Assembly (NCBI RefSeq): GCF_964355755.1
Contig: NC_092670.1
Coordinates: forward strand, 24,228,795-24,292,794
Direction of reading: 5' to 3'
DNA: 64,000 nucleotides
Source: Antedon mediterranea
Lineage: Eukaryota; Animalia; Echinodermata
Each line of letters begins with the position of its first letter. The stretch's first letter is position 1. A program made the translations under genes and the position numbers. This document shows, in pieces, positions 1-12,590 of this stretch. The notes beneath the pieces were generated by a model. It made no database searches and had not been told where the DNA came from. It saw only the letters and a list, made by a program, of their open reading frames with translations.

Positions 1-64
1 GATAGATTTTCCATCATGGTTTTTAACAAAAATGTCAAATGTATCGGAGGTACGTGTTGCATAA
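1..64 (-). pseudogene. 5' part of the ubiquitin-like terminal exon of cGLR copy 1 (runs off the window edge)
   Basis: Acceptor ttttcctttag at 65-66, then (x)YATRTSDTFDIFVKNHDGKSI; near-identical to 6321-6384. Confidence 0.8.
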
Positions 65-1417
65 CTAAAGGAAAAAATATATATAATGTAGAAATATTAA
101 TTATGTAAATATAATAATATAATTCGCAAAGAATAACAAAATGATAATCTCAAGTTTTTATGTAATTTGTCAGCGTTTACTTAGCAAAATAATAAGTTTG
201 ACACCGCAAATCTCTCCGGAAACCAACCCGATAATTTATAAAGCGCTATCTGCAGTGCATTAAAGACCTCAAGCTAAAAATGGAATGTTTGATAGTCTAA
301 ACCAGTAAACTGTGAACAGATAAACAAAATGATTATCATCGCACCAAACTTCGCGATACTGGATTATTAAACTATATTTCGAATAGGAAAAACAATCAAA
401 TTAGCATATAATACAGGTACTATATATGCAAGCAATCCAACATTGTGCAATAAGCATCCAATGATGTTTCCATGGTATTTGGGGGAAAATAAATTCCACT
501 TATTACTGGCTTACATTTTATTCAGTAGGAAACTGATAATTCATCATCACGCATAGCTCTTTTAAGCCATCCCAGAATGTTGTCCAGTGAGGCAGGCTTA
601 TACCGATCAAGAAGATTCACTGATTCGCAGAAGAAGTTGGGCACGTTGCGTTTTTCAAGGAAAAGCATCAGAGTCTGAACCAAATCTTTGAATCTATCTG
701 CTAAACTGTCTTGGTGCCACGATAGGTCAGGACCGTCCTTGTTTAAATGCAGCATACAGTCTTAAGGTGATATGACGACAGCATTCCTAGTTGTGAAGAT
801 CCTGCCTTCTTCTGAACTGTCTTCAGAATTTTCAGGGTATCACTACGGCATTCATTTATTTTGTCAATGCTGTTGAATATACTTTTTTCTCTATCCGAGA
901 AACTCTCCCTCCATAATTGATCGTATTCAGAAGTATTTAAATGACGAGGACCTTTAGCCACAAAGTGCCTACCATCAATAGTTAAGCTTGGAACTATATC
1001 AATAGACATTACTTCCACCGTTGGATATTAAATACATGGCTGGACCACCAGATTCCTTAGGGGTTATCGTCATGCCTAGGTCATTCTCATCGCCATGAAC
1101 TATTTTGTCTACGGTTGACTGCATGTTCTGACGAACTGTATCAGGGTTCAATCGCCCGGCTTTTATAAAATCAGCCAATGTAGATTCAATCGAATGTGAC
1201 GTTTTCTCAATCAAATAGTAGCCATCTAATCTTCCTTCTGTGATTCTCCAATTATTAGTAGACAGTTTCAAAGGAACCAGTAAATCAAATTCGTCTGCCT
1301 TAATCACCTTCAAACCTTCGTATGTACTTCCTTGATGAAAGATCTGCTTAAAGTTAAATGATGAAGAGTGATGGGAGATCTCGAACTTTTTTATATTTTT
1401 TCAACGGCTTCTTTTGC

Positions 1418-3056
1418 GAGGCGAGTCATATGGCCAAGCGGTTAAGGCAGGGGCGCCGTTTACCGTACCTAAAGAGCCAACAACAACATCGGCAAGGGTT
1501 CGAGGCCGACTCGCTCCTAGTTCTGGTGGTGGAACAAGTCTTCTCGGATAAGGACTATAAACCGTAGGTCCAGTGTACACAGTTATAAGTTACCAGTGGC
1601 GTATCCGGACCAGGATTTTGAAGTTGGGGGGGGGGGGGGGCCGGGAATTGCCAATTTGCCGACAAAATTGGTGTCATTATCTGTACATACACGACGTCTC
1701 TGATCAATATATGTTCTAGGATTACATAGTCATATTGCCTTATATGGGATGACGATGCAAAATTAAAACCAAACCAACATTATCTGTTAGTATGTTGTAT
1801 TTACAATAAAGAAAGAATTAGGAAAATCTGATTGGTAGTTTTCGAAATATAGGGTCTAAAACATCGCCGAAAATGATCGTTTTTAGCCACGAAAGAAGTA
1901 AAACAATTTGCGGCCTCAGTCGACAATTCTATTAACTACGCCATTTTTGGTTAAAATAATTACATATAATTACGTTTTTTAGTAATTTATTTTATATATC
2001 ACCATTGGAAATATCAATAAAACATGTTATTAAATGCTTATAAAATATATAAAGTTGTTTACTTAACGGAATTCGGACAAATTCATTGCTCTAACTTTGT
2101 GTAGTAACGATCAGAGAGATTCATGGTACACGCGCGAGAGAAAACATTCCGCTGCGGGCGATTCGCATCCACCAATCAAATCAGCTAGAATCCTAAATCA
2201 TTCAACCGTGAGCAATGCCAATCGCGAGAAAGCTCAGCTTTGATTGGCTTACGATGACATCACATCACAAAATGGTGGTTTTGTAGTTGAGCCTCACGGA
2301 ATATTCTGTTCCAAAAATGAAATACATGGATATTTTTTATGGTATATGTGCTTTTTCTTTAAAAATTTTGAATAATAAAGGCCTCATATCGAGAAAAAAA
2401 ACCGGGTTTTTGGCACTTATAATAAATATATCTTAGACAAAAAAGCACATGGCATGTGGAACTATATAGCCTAATCTCTTAGCGTAGGAAGACATACAAA
2501 TTAAATCCCAGGTCATGAGAGGCTCAACTGCATGCAAAAACAAGGTTTTAGGGTAAGGTCAAAGACTTTTGAGTAAACAATCTACCGCGTACGGCCGTAC
2601 GTACGTGCTACACATTTTTTACGTGTTTCGTTAGATGTAATGAAAATAAAAAATAGTTGATCTGAAGGGATCAATGATGATATGTAAATAAACAAACACT
2701 CAAAAGAATTATGTTTACAGTTCAATTATTGTCAGAATAAATAGTTTATTTTTTTCCCCGGCACCTTTGTTTGCCGACGGCCGCGATGATGTGCCGACGG
2801 AAACGAAATCAGGGGGGCCCGGGCCCCCCCGGCCCCCCTACTGGATACGCCACTGGTTATAACCTGTGTGTACTTTAAAGAACCCAGTTCATTATTCGAA
2901 AAAGAGTAGGGGGTTACCCCGGTGAACTGGTTCACACAATAGCCCCTGTATCAGGGGGATTACCACCTATCTGATAGGACAGTGATTAATTCACTATTGG
3001 TAATCCTTGGCCACATTGCCTAAAGACATAAAATAAAATAAAATAAAATAAATAAA
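1418..3056 (+). mobile_element. tRNA-derived SINE inserted in the cGLR copy 1 coding exon
   Basis: A-box TGGCCAAGCGG, B-box GGTTCGAGGCC, core GGATAAGGACTATAAACCGTAGGTCC shared with 25241-25561, (AAAAT)n tail, TSD TTTTGC at 1412-1417 and 3057-3062; empty site in copy 2. Confidence 0.85.
1594..2855. mobile_element. Non-autonomous TIR DNA transposon (hAT-like) nested inside the SINE
   Basis: TIRs CAGTGGCGTATCC ... GGATACGCCACTG with G/C-rich subterminal runs; GTTATAA near both flanks (imperfect TSD); the SINE body resumes after 2855. Confidence 0.7.
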
Positions 3057-4146
3057 TTTTGCTTGTCTCTGTTCATGTTGAGGGATGTTGACCTCATCTA
3101 GAAGGTAACTCCTTAGAGCTCCTATCAAATTTGCTGCACACATACTGCACTCTAAAAATTGTAAAAGATGGTTATATGAATAGATACAACGATAGCATTT
3201 AATGATTTTATTTCTAAGAAATGCAATGTATATAATTAGTTATACTATACAAATTTAACCTATATTATTTATTTAACTGTTCGATCCAGAAGGTTCTGCG
3301 TATACGGGCAAAATGCCTCCTTAATTATATACTAGAAACATCAATTTCAATAATGAAATCATACATTTTGTTTAAAAACTCTTTATAATATCTTCCTAAG
3401 ATAGAAATATGGAACTATATCGTAATAGTGAAAACTAATGTTATCAAATTTACATTTCACGGTACATCTGAGATAGATCAGGTAGGTATCTAAGGCAGAG
3501 ATTTGTACCAAAGTTTTTTCATTGTGCTCGCCTATGTCAGAATTAACCATAATTTATATATAGATACATACCCTATAGGCCTACCGTAATTAAATCATAT
3601 ATTATATTTGGAAATATCCTATTTTTAACTTTCTTCGTGGTATCGGATTATTCATCAAATGATTAAAAGGTACATATATTTACACAGCATCCAAACTCAA
3701 CAAAAAAATGTGGTTTTTTTTTTTTGCCTCTCCTACCATTTTGTCTGTGTGCATGCGTCCGTGCGTGGTAGATTTATTTTATGAATGAATGTCTATTTGG
3801 AATTGGAACCATTCTGAAGGAAATCGAGAACGTGCGTATAGTACGATGCACATCGATTAATTTAAAAAAAAAGACAAAACAAAAATGGTATTATTAATAT
3901 AATTTGTCGTGTTTAACATAATGACTGGTAATTTGGAATAATAAATTTTGTAATATGATACGATCATACTGTTGTCCTTAAGTTATTTTTAGACTTAAAC
4001 TATTGTTGTATGTATGATATTATATGGCCTACAGTCTGCTGTGAGAGAAAATGCACCGATTGTTAATTAAATATCATATCTACTCTACGCAGCCATATAA
4101 CCGTCTTAATGAAAATTAATTAAAATAAATGACGAAAATTGACTAA

Positions 4147-4410
4147 CCTTAGTTTGTTTGTGAAACAGTATTTTCACTAGACATTCCGGCTGGTTTTGAC
4201 TACGCAAATTTGTGACAAACTATGTTTTAAACATTAGACAAGAGGAAGTCCCGTTACTTCCTCGCCATCCAGGGTTAAACTTCATAAAATGCTATTTTTA
4301 TACACTAGTGATATTGGAAATTCCCACAGGTCGTTCTAAAATGTATTATGCGGGCATGAGAGTAATGACGTCATAATAAGATGCGAGTCATATTTTTACA
4401 TGATTGGCTA
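4147..4410 (-). promoter_or_regulatory. Putative promoter and non-coding exon 1 of cGLR copy 1
   Basis: CCAAT (~4403), CRE TGACGTCA 4366-4373, NF-kB GGGAATTTCC 4316-4325, TATAAAAA 4295-4302, GGGACTTCC 4244-4252, donor AAG|GTTAGT at 4147; same order as in copy 2. Confidence 0.65.
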
Positions 4411-6122
4411 CTTTTCAAAACGTTGACATGCTGAGATAAAACAATGAATACGAAAATATAACTATTTAATAATTAGTACCAATTACATACGCTTAGTTTT
4501 ATATTTGTCATCTATGTAATGCATTTTCTTCTTTTTTTTTTGATATAACAAAATTAAGAAAACAAGTTAAGAGAGTCTGAGCCGAGAATTATATTGTTAG
4601 GCAGGTTGTCCACTTGTCAAATTTAATAGGTCTTCCTCCAATTAAAGACCACTTTTGCGACCCATGTTTTAGTGGTCTTTAATAGCTTTGGTCTCTAATT
4701 AGAATCCCTTCAACTAAAGACAGTCACTTAGTTTTAAAATTACCTAGAGGATGTTTTTCGAAGAGTTTGGTATAAATGTAAACCAGCTTGTTGGTTTGTC
4801 TGCTGTACATTTGTGTATTTCAAAAACTGAATTAGTTTTTATGTTATTTTTTTGGCCTAGCGTACATAAGAGCCAAAGACTGAACCGTAATTCTGAATTC
4901 AAAGTACCATTAAATGTTTATTAAAATGCAAACAAACGAATTAAACAATTTAAAGAAATCAAATATGTACTTAAACTACTAATAAAAATACTATTGCAAG
5001 CTGCCATCACCTTGTATTAATTAATGTTATCAGTAATTGTAGGAATGATTTTAGAGTCTCATTACCGAAGTTTTACAAAAGGTTAGGTCTACGTAGATTG
5101 TTTCTTAATATTAATAAATACAAATAAAAATTAACACAACACAAATCAAGATTTAACAATAAAAGACACATTTTTACATATTTTTTTAACACTTCTTTTG
5201 CAAACGTGTCACAAAATTACCATTATCATGTATGTCATTAATTTAGCAAATAAGTTTCATAACCTTATTATTTAATAATTAGTTATAATTAGTTTATAAC
5301 CTTTGTCCAGTACAAGTTTTTAATTCTGAGAAAAACAAATATTTTAAATATTGAATCTGAGGTCTGTTGCAGAGATATATAACTATAATAAATAATATAT
5401 ATAATATAACAAATTGAATATGTTTATAGTGGAAAACAAGAAAACGAGAGCCACTGAAAACAAGTTTATGCTTACATAATGAATCAAAATTACAGTATCA
5501 TTCGGAAACATCTTAGTTAAAAACAATAAAAAGTTTAAAACATTTTATTTACATACATTTATTTGCACACACCCTATGTTTTGTCTAAAGTCATATTTGA
5601 GGTTAATTTTAAATTAAATGTATTAATGTACGAATTATGAATGTAAAACAATTGTACGTCCATCACTTAAAATAACGGAAGCCAATGGCAGTAAACAGTT
5701 AACAACAGGCTACAATACATAATGATGAAGTACAACATAATTATTATAAAAGTTTAAAACAACCTTTATAAATTAAATTATTTTTCTTAATCAATATCTC
5801 ATCCTAATCATTACCGGAATAACTGTAATCGAAAAACTCCACTCTCAATTACTAATAATTAGTGTGTGTGTTACTAATAAAAAAGTGTGGTTTGCCCAAA
5901 TATGGTAGTAATAATGACGTCATCATGTTCATTTATGGGCACATCACATTTTTTGTCACATAAAGTTTGATAGTGTAGACAGAGCTTGATATATAAAATA
6001 TTTCACCGAACATTATCGCTATCGTTTGTCCTTTTCGTGATGTTATTTCCGTGTTGGAAATAACTTTTATTTTATAGGCTGTATGTAGGCCTGTAACCTT
6101 TTAGGATTGATTTCGATCTGTA

Positions 6123-6384
6123 TTATCGACCTCCTCTTAATCTTGGTAGGAGATAAATTGTACTCTGGTCTTTAATGCTGTAATAGCCCAATGTGTTGCC
6201 ATCTTCTAGTTGTCTACTCTCAAATGTTAGTCTCTGTTGATCCACTGGAACACGCTCCCTTCCTGCGATTTCATGTTTCAGTTGTTTTACTGTGGTTGAT
6301 CTGCGCATGTTTTGATAAACGATAGATTTTCCATCAAGGTTTTTGACAAAAATGTCAAAGGTATCAGAGGTACGTGTTGCATAA
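6123..6384 (-). CDS. Ubiquitin-like domain exon ending PRLRGG-R*
   Basis: FDIFVKNLDGKSIVYQNMRRSTTVKQLKHEIAGRERVPVDQQRLTFESRQLEDGNTLGYYSIKDQSTIYLLPRLRGGR aligns to ubiquitin over its full length; the first strand lies upstream of the ORF-track Met and starts at a splice acceptor. Confidence 0.9.
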
Positions 6385-7775
6385 CTAAAGGAAAAATATA
6401 TATAATGTAGAAATATTAATTATGTAAATATAATAATACAATTCGCAAAGAATAACAAAATGATAATCTCAAGTTTCATGTCATTTGTCAGAGTTTTACT
6501 TAGCAAAATAAGAGATGTGTGACATCGGAAATCTCTCCGATGAATTACAAAGCGCTATCTGCAGTGCATTAAAGACCTCAAGCTAAAAATGGAACTTTTG
6601 ATAGTCAAAAACAGTAAACTGTGAACATCATTGCGCCAAACTTCGCGATACTGACCCTTAAACTATATTTCGAATAGGCAAAACAATAAAATGACACTAT
6701 ATGCAAGCAATCCAATATTTTGCAATAAGCATCCAATAATGTTTCCATAGTATTCGGAGAAAAATAAATTCCACTTATTACTGGTTTACCTTTTATTCAG
6801 TAGTACTCTGATAATATGCTCATCATCACGTGTAGCTCTTCTAAGCCATCCCAGAATGTTGTTCAGTGAGTCTGCATCATAGCGATCAAGCAGATTCACT
6901 GATCCACGGAAGAAGTTTGGCATGTTGCGAGTTTCAAGAAAGTGCATCAGAGTCTGAACCAAGTCTTTGAATCTATCTGCTAAACTTTCTTGGTGCCACG
7001 ATAGGTCAGGACGGTCGCTATTTAAATGTAGCATACACGTTTTAAGGTGATACGACGACAACATTCCGAGTTGTGACAACCCTGCCTTCTTCTGAACTGT
7101 CTTCAGAATTTTCAGGGTATCTCTACGGCATTCATTTATTCGGTCGATGTTGTTGAATATACTTTTTTCTCTATCCGAGAAACTCTCCCTCCATAATTGA
7201 TCGTATTCAGGAGTATGTAAATGACGAGGACTTTTAGCCACAAAGTGCCTACCACCAATGTTTAGGCTTGGAACTATATCAATAGACATACTTCTTCCGT
7301 TGTATCCAACATCCAACGTTATGGCTGGACCAGAATAACTAAGGTTTATCCTCATACCTAGGTCACCAATTCCATTAACAACTGTCTGCACAGTTGACTG
7401 CATGCTCCTTCGAACTCTATCAGGGTTCAATCGTCCGTCTTCTATAAGGTTACCCAATGTCGAGTCAGTGTAATGTGACGTTTTCTCAATCAAATAGTAG
7501 CCATCTAATCCTCCTCCTGTGATTCTCCAATTAGTAGATAGGTTCAAAGGAACCAGTAAATCAAACTCATCTGCCGCTATTACCTTCAAACCTTCATATG
7601 AACTTCCTTGATGAAAGATCTGCCTGAAGTTAAATGGTGAAGAGTGGTGGGATCTCACAAACACGTTTTTTATTTTTTGAATGGCATCTTTTGCTTGTGT
7701 CTGTTCATGTTGAGGGATGTTAACTTCATTTAGAAGGTAACTCCTTAGAGCTCCTATCAAATTTGCTGCACACAT
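6123..7775 (-). CDS. cGLR copy 2: cGAS-like nucleotidyltransferase predicted fused to a C-terminal ubiquitin-like domain; coding exons 7775-6790 and 6384-6123 (415 aa spliced; 329 aa if the intron is retained)
   Basis: Catalytic motif QGSSYEGLKVIAADEFD plus SIDIVP; Mab-21 motifs WRESFS and LSSYHLKT; acceptor at 7784-7785 just before the ATG; donor AG|GTAAAC at 6789 and acceptor tttag|T at 6385 are both phase 2 and join in frame (NK-S-YATRTS). Confidence 0.85.
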
Positions 7776-8131
7776 ACTGCACTCTAAAAATTGTAAAAGA
7801 TGGTTATGTGAATAGATACAACGATAGCATTTTAATGATTTAATTTCTAAGAAATGCATTTTATTTTAATGTTTATCATTAATTAATGATACTATACAAA
7901 TTAAACCTATATTATGTATTTAACTGTTCTGCGTGTACGGGCAAGTATAGGCCTCCTTAACCATATACAAGAAAAATAAATTTCAATAATACATACCGTA
8001 CCGTAATTGAATCTTATATTATATTTTGAAATATCCTATTTCTAACTGTCTTCGTGGTATAAAAGCTTACTCATTATCTATCAACTGATTAAAAATGGTA
8101 CATATTTACACAGCATCTAAAATCAGATAGT

Positions 8132-8170
8132 GGGAATTTACGAGAGTGGGAATTCACCAACTGTGACGTA
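8132..8170. promoter_or_regulatory. Paired intronic kB-like sites plus a CRE-like site in cGLR copy 2 intron 1
   Basis: GGGAATTTAC 8132-8141, GGGAATTCAC 8148-8157, TGACGTA ~8164; this segment is absent from pseudogene copy 1. Confidence 0.4.
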
Positions 8171-8723
8171 CACATAAGCATTTACATAAATGCAACAGCA
8201 AACCTTGTACATGATGATGATTTTTTTTTATTTTTGTTTTTTTTTTACCTTCCCCGCCATTCGTTGCAAGAAGGATTTGGCCTATTTATTGAATCAAAGC
8301 TTTGGTCACGTGCGTGGTAAATTGTTATGAATGAATGTCTTAATTGGAACCTTTCTGAAGGAAATCGGACGTGCGTATAGAGGATGCACATCATCTTTCA
8401 AAATCAAATTGAAAAAATACTAAATGACGGTATTATGAATAATAATTTGTGACTGTTAATTTGGAATAATAAAGTTTGTAATATGATGCGATCATACTGT
8501 TGTCGGTCGGTAAACACTAATTTAAATTTGAGCACGCGACTACAGCCATGTATATGGCCTTGACTTAAAATAGTATTGTTAGGCTGTATGATATTATTAT
8601 GCCTACTGTCTGCAGTAAGGGAAAATGCACCGATTGTTAATTCAATCGTATGATATCTACTCTTCGAAGCCATATAACCAACTTAATGAAAGTTGAATAA
8701 CATAAATGATGACAATTGACTAA

Positions 8724-8995
8724 CCTTAGTTTGTTTGTAAAGCAGTATTTTGACGAGACCTTCCGTTTCCGGCTGGTTTTGATCACGAAAATTTGTGACA
8801 AACTATGTTTTAAATTATTATTAACAAATAGGAAGTCCCGTTACTTCATCGCCATCAGTTGAACATTATAGCATATGCTAACATTTTATACACTATAGTG
8901 ATATTGGAAATTCCCACTCGTAGTTCTAGAACATTCTATGCATGAAAGTAATGACGTCATATTAAGGCGTGAGCCATATTTTTATGATTGGCTAT
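8724..8995 (-). promoter_or_regulatory. Putative promoter and non-coding exon 1 of cGLR copy 2
   Basis: CCAAT ~8987, CRE 8952-8959, NF-kB GGGAATTTCC 8906-8915, TATAAAA 8884-8890, GGGACTTCC 8831-8839, donor AAG|GTTAGT at 8724. Confidence 0.7.
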
Positions 8996-10303
8996 ACTAT
9001 TGAAAACAAACAGGCAAAGTTTTCCACTTTTTGGGTGCTGAGAATGTAATAAGGTGTTCCTCCAATTAAATACCACTTTTGCGACCCAGATTTTAGTGGT
9101 CTTTAATAGCTTTGGTGGTCTCTAATTAAAATCTCTTAAATCACCGTCACCACTTAGTGTTTAAAATACTCTATTTAGAGGGTGCTCTTCGTAGGGTAGG
9201 GTAAATGTAAACCAGCTGGTTGGTTTGTCTGCTGTCAATTTGTGTATTTCAAAAATTGAATTAGTTTTTGTTACTTTTCTTGGCCTAGCGTACATAACAG
9301 CCAAAGACTGAACCGTAATTCTGAATGCAAAGTACCATTAAATGTTTATTAAAATGCAACAAATGAATTAAACAACTTAAAGAAATAAAAGATTGACTTA
9401 AAATACTAATAAAAATACTATTGCAAGCTGCCATCACCTAGTTTGATTAATTAATTTTATCAGTAATTGTAGGAATGATTGTCGGGTGCCATCACCGATT
9501 AGTTTTTCAAAAGGTTACATAGATTGGTTTCTTAATATTAATAAATACAACAAATAAAAATGAACACAACAAAGATCAAGATAAAATACACATTTGACAT
9601 ATTTTGTAACATTTCTTTTGCAAAAGTGTCACAAAATTACATCATTCTCATGTCAATAATTTAGCAAATAAGTTTGGTAACCATTTTTGACACAATATAT
9701 ACACAATAGTCTGCTTTCATTTAAGTACTATAATTTAAATTAGTTTATAACATTGGTCCAGTACAAGTTTTTAGAAAAACAGACATTTAAGTATTGAATC
9801 TGAGGTCTATTGCACAGAGATATAAAGTGTTTAGAGTGGAAAACAAGAGGAGCTAGATACAAAAATATAAACATCTAACAACTTTTACAATTTCAGATCT
9901 AAAAACGGATAAAACTATCTGTCAAAAAATATATCAATATACTCTCATCTACTGGTTCAAAAGGTACATGATTTTGATTCCTAGAGTGAGTACGACCAGA
10001 AATGTTCAATTTGAACCAAGATATCAGATAGATCCTTAAAAGAAACAACACATCAAAAAATATGTTTATGCTTACAAAATGAATCAAATTACAGTATCAT
10101 TCGAAAACAATAAACCCCAAATTTAAAACATTTAAAATGTTAGCATACATTTATTTACACATCCCCTATCTGTAGGCCTATTTGCAAAACATCGTTTTTC
10201 TATTGTCTAGTTGTATCCTCTGCTGAATTTGATCATCCTTTCCTTGCATTTTCAGTAGGTATAACCATGGACCTATAAAGGGTATGGTGTAACTTCATTG
10301 TAT

Positions 10304-10530
10304 GAAGGGCGTGGTGGTGCAGTGAGATCGTAGAGGATTCTAATCCAACCTAGTTGCATTGCTTGTATCCTTCGGCAGGACACTATGTTTGCCTCTCTCC
10401 ACCCAGCTGTACATATACAAATGGGTACCTGCTAAGTTCAAGGCATAAATTTGCGCTAGTAACTTATGGAAGTATGTTTCCATATGTGTTGATCCAAAAA
10501 TGACTGGGGTAATAATATGTCTGTTTCCCC
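10304..10530 (+). mobile_element. Decayed tRNA-type SINE fragment
   Basis: GTGGTGCAGTG A-box-like start; GTATCCTTCGGCAGGACAC...TGCCTCTCTCCACCCAGCTG...AATGGGTACC resembles the conserved cores of metazoan SINEs. Confidence 0.45.
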
Positions 10531-10685
10531 AATGGAAAGCAGTGATATTTCTGATCTGGGCTTCCCTCTCTAAATAAGACTTGTCTAGTTGCTTACTTTT
10601 GAAAAGTTAATCTAATTAAAACCATCTTTCCCCTGTGTTTCAGTTGTTAATCTCTGCCCTTGCTGTCAGTATTGCATGTTGTATA

Positions 10686-11823
10686 TTATTCAACTTGGTC
10701 CTGAATACTTTGTGGTTTTCTGTCAAAAAAAAAAGACAAAATGTTTTATTTCAGTTAAAATATCTAAAAATTCTGTTGATTATAAACGTTAGACTGTTGC
10801 CGTAGATTCTTACTTTTTGTGAAGTAACACACTGATTATCTGCTCGTCATCGCGTCTAGCATTTTCCAGCCACTTCACAATATGATCCAGGGATTCTTTG
10901 TTGTACTTAATATTATTAATAATTAGATTCATTGACCTGCAGTGAAAGTGTGGTATGTTGGAGTCCCTAAGAAAATCTATCAATGTCTGAACTAAATCCT
11001 TGAACCTATCTGCCAATTTGTCTGGCTCCCACGATAATTCAGAACGATTGGCTAAATGAAGCATGCATGTTTTCAGGTGATAAGACGACAGTAGTTTTAG
11101 TTGGGATTCTCCTCTTTTTTCCCGAATTGTCTTTAGAATTTTTAGACAATCTCGACGGCATTCATTCATTTTGTCCATAGCTTTTATTCTTTTTTTTTCT
11201 TTCTTGGAAAAGCTCTCCCTCCATAGTTGACCGTATTCCTTGTGATCACGAAGATGCCGGGGACTTTTAGCAACAAAATGTCTGCCGTTTAGTATTAAGC
11301 CTGGAACAATATCAATAGACAACTTTTTGTCGTTGAACTTTAGTGTGATAGCTGGGCCAGAACTTCTCAGGTTTATTGTCATTCCTGTCATACCATTGAC
11401 AGCTTTCTGCACAGTCGACTGCATGCATTTACGCACTTTTTCCGGTATCAATCTCTCTTGCTCTATTAGGTCATCAAAGGTCTTGTCATTTTCATTTGAA
11501 TTCTGTGACTTCTCTGACTTTTCAATCCAAAAGTAGTTACCTAGGTCTTTTTCTTTTGGTTCTTTGATTTTCCAATCGCTAGATTTTAGGTTAAGAGGAA
11601 TCAAAAGGTCAAATTCATCAGCTGCTATGACCTTTAGACCTTCGTATGAACTTCCTTGATGGTAGATCTGCTTGAAGTTGAATGGCGAGGAGTGTTGGAA
11701 TTTATGAAAAGCTTCTCGAATCTTTTGAACGGCTTCTTTGGCCTGTGTTTGTTCAAGTTTAGTAAAAGTGACTTCAGTTTTAAGATAATTCCTTAGCTCC
11801 AGCAACAGGTTTGATTCAGACAT
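10686..11823 (-). CDS. cGLR copy 3; main exon 11823-10814 plus a probable short last exon 10719-10686 (adds KPQSIQDQVE*)
   Basis: QGSSYEGLKVIAADEFD, SIDIVP and LSSYHLKT intact; acceptor tttcag|ACAATG places the start at 11823; donor AA|GTAAGA at 10813; acceptor (t)n-gacag at 10720. Confidence 0.85.
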
Positions 11824-12395
11824 TGTCTGAAAAGATAAAATGATGCAGTAAGTAATTACCATGATCAATTTGCGTAATTATCTAGAAATTTCATTTCTAA
11901 ATAAAAAGACTTCCATTAAAAATAGGCCTATGCATTTTATTCAACAAAAGGCAAAATAAACGTTACTGAAAAGACAAAAATATTAATATCATACACTGCA
12001 CATTACCATTTTTATAGATCCATAAAACGCAGAAAAAAGTACTGTATATATACAGAGTACATATATATTGACGGTTTTAGAATGTCCTAGAGCAACCTAT
12101 TATGGCAGCTGGGTTCATCATTTATGGTTACCATTTGCCTAGATAACGGGATGTAATTCACCTTACTGGCAAAGGCTTTGGAACGATACCATGTGCAAAA
12201 TGTAACAACTGGAAAATAACTAACAATATCCTAAATTTGGCCGTTCCATACCCGGCGGCCGAAATGAACCGCACTCAGCCTGTAGTAGGCTACGTATTAT
12301 GATTATTTACTGTATATACACATTCATTCATAATACTAAATTTGAATAATAATATTCTACAGTGGTGTATTTCATTGCTTAGAATACTGTACTTA

Positions 12396-12590
12396 CTCTC
12401 GACAGGGATAATTATGTTGTCACTAATTTCACCAAGGAGTTATTGTACTAGACTATAATATTAGCTTACTAGCTAGGCCCTTTCTGGTAGATAGACGATG
12501 GGCGTGACGTGACACCGAACGACTACGCAACAGAAAAACAAAACAAACCTGGAAATTCCCAGGCATGTTTGGTTTGTCGCCCTCTGTTGT
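12396..12590 (-). promoter_or_regulatory. Putative promoter and exon 1 of cGLR copy 3
   Basis: NF-kB GGGAATTTCC 12551-12560; block GGTTTGTCGCCCTC shared with copy 4; donor GA|GTAAGT at 12396. Confidence 0.55.

Larger units (their letters stand above)
515..3143 (-). pseudogene. cGLR copy 1 (Mab-21/cGAS-like nucleotidyltransferase) pseudogene
   Basis: Close paralog of 6790-7775, split into three ORF pieces by frameshifts (near 540, 758 and 1030) and interrupted by a SINE at 1418-3056; ATG at 3143 (MCAANLIGAL); motifs GSTYEGLKVIKADEFD, SIDIVP and LSSYHLKT; donor AT|GTAAGC at 514. Confidence 0.9.
1..10170. repeat. Tandem duplication of the cGLR-Ubl unit (1 to ~5580 vs ~6320 to 10170)
   Basis: Collinear similarity through exons, introns, promoter and upstream DNA, e.g. 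4141-5577 vs 8718-10168. Confidence 0.85.

Noticed and set aside
6123-6308. Stand-alone 61-aa ubiquitin gene, as given in the ORF track
   Set aside because: The Met is internal to the fold; the first strand (FDIFVKNLDGK) lies upstream and the frame begins at a splice acceptor in phase with the cGLR donor
7776-7859. N-terminal extension MHFLEIK... of the 357-aa ORF (likewise MIMVITY... at 11824-11868)
   Set aside because: These stretches are mostly polypyrimidine tract and AG acceptor of intron 1; the paralogs align from the downstream Met
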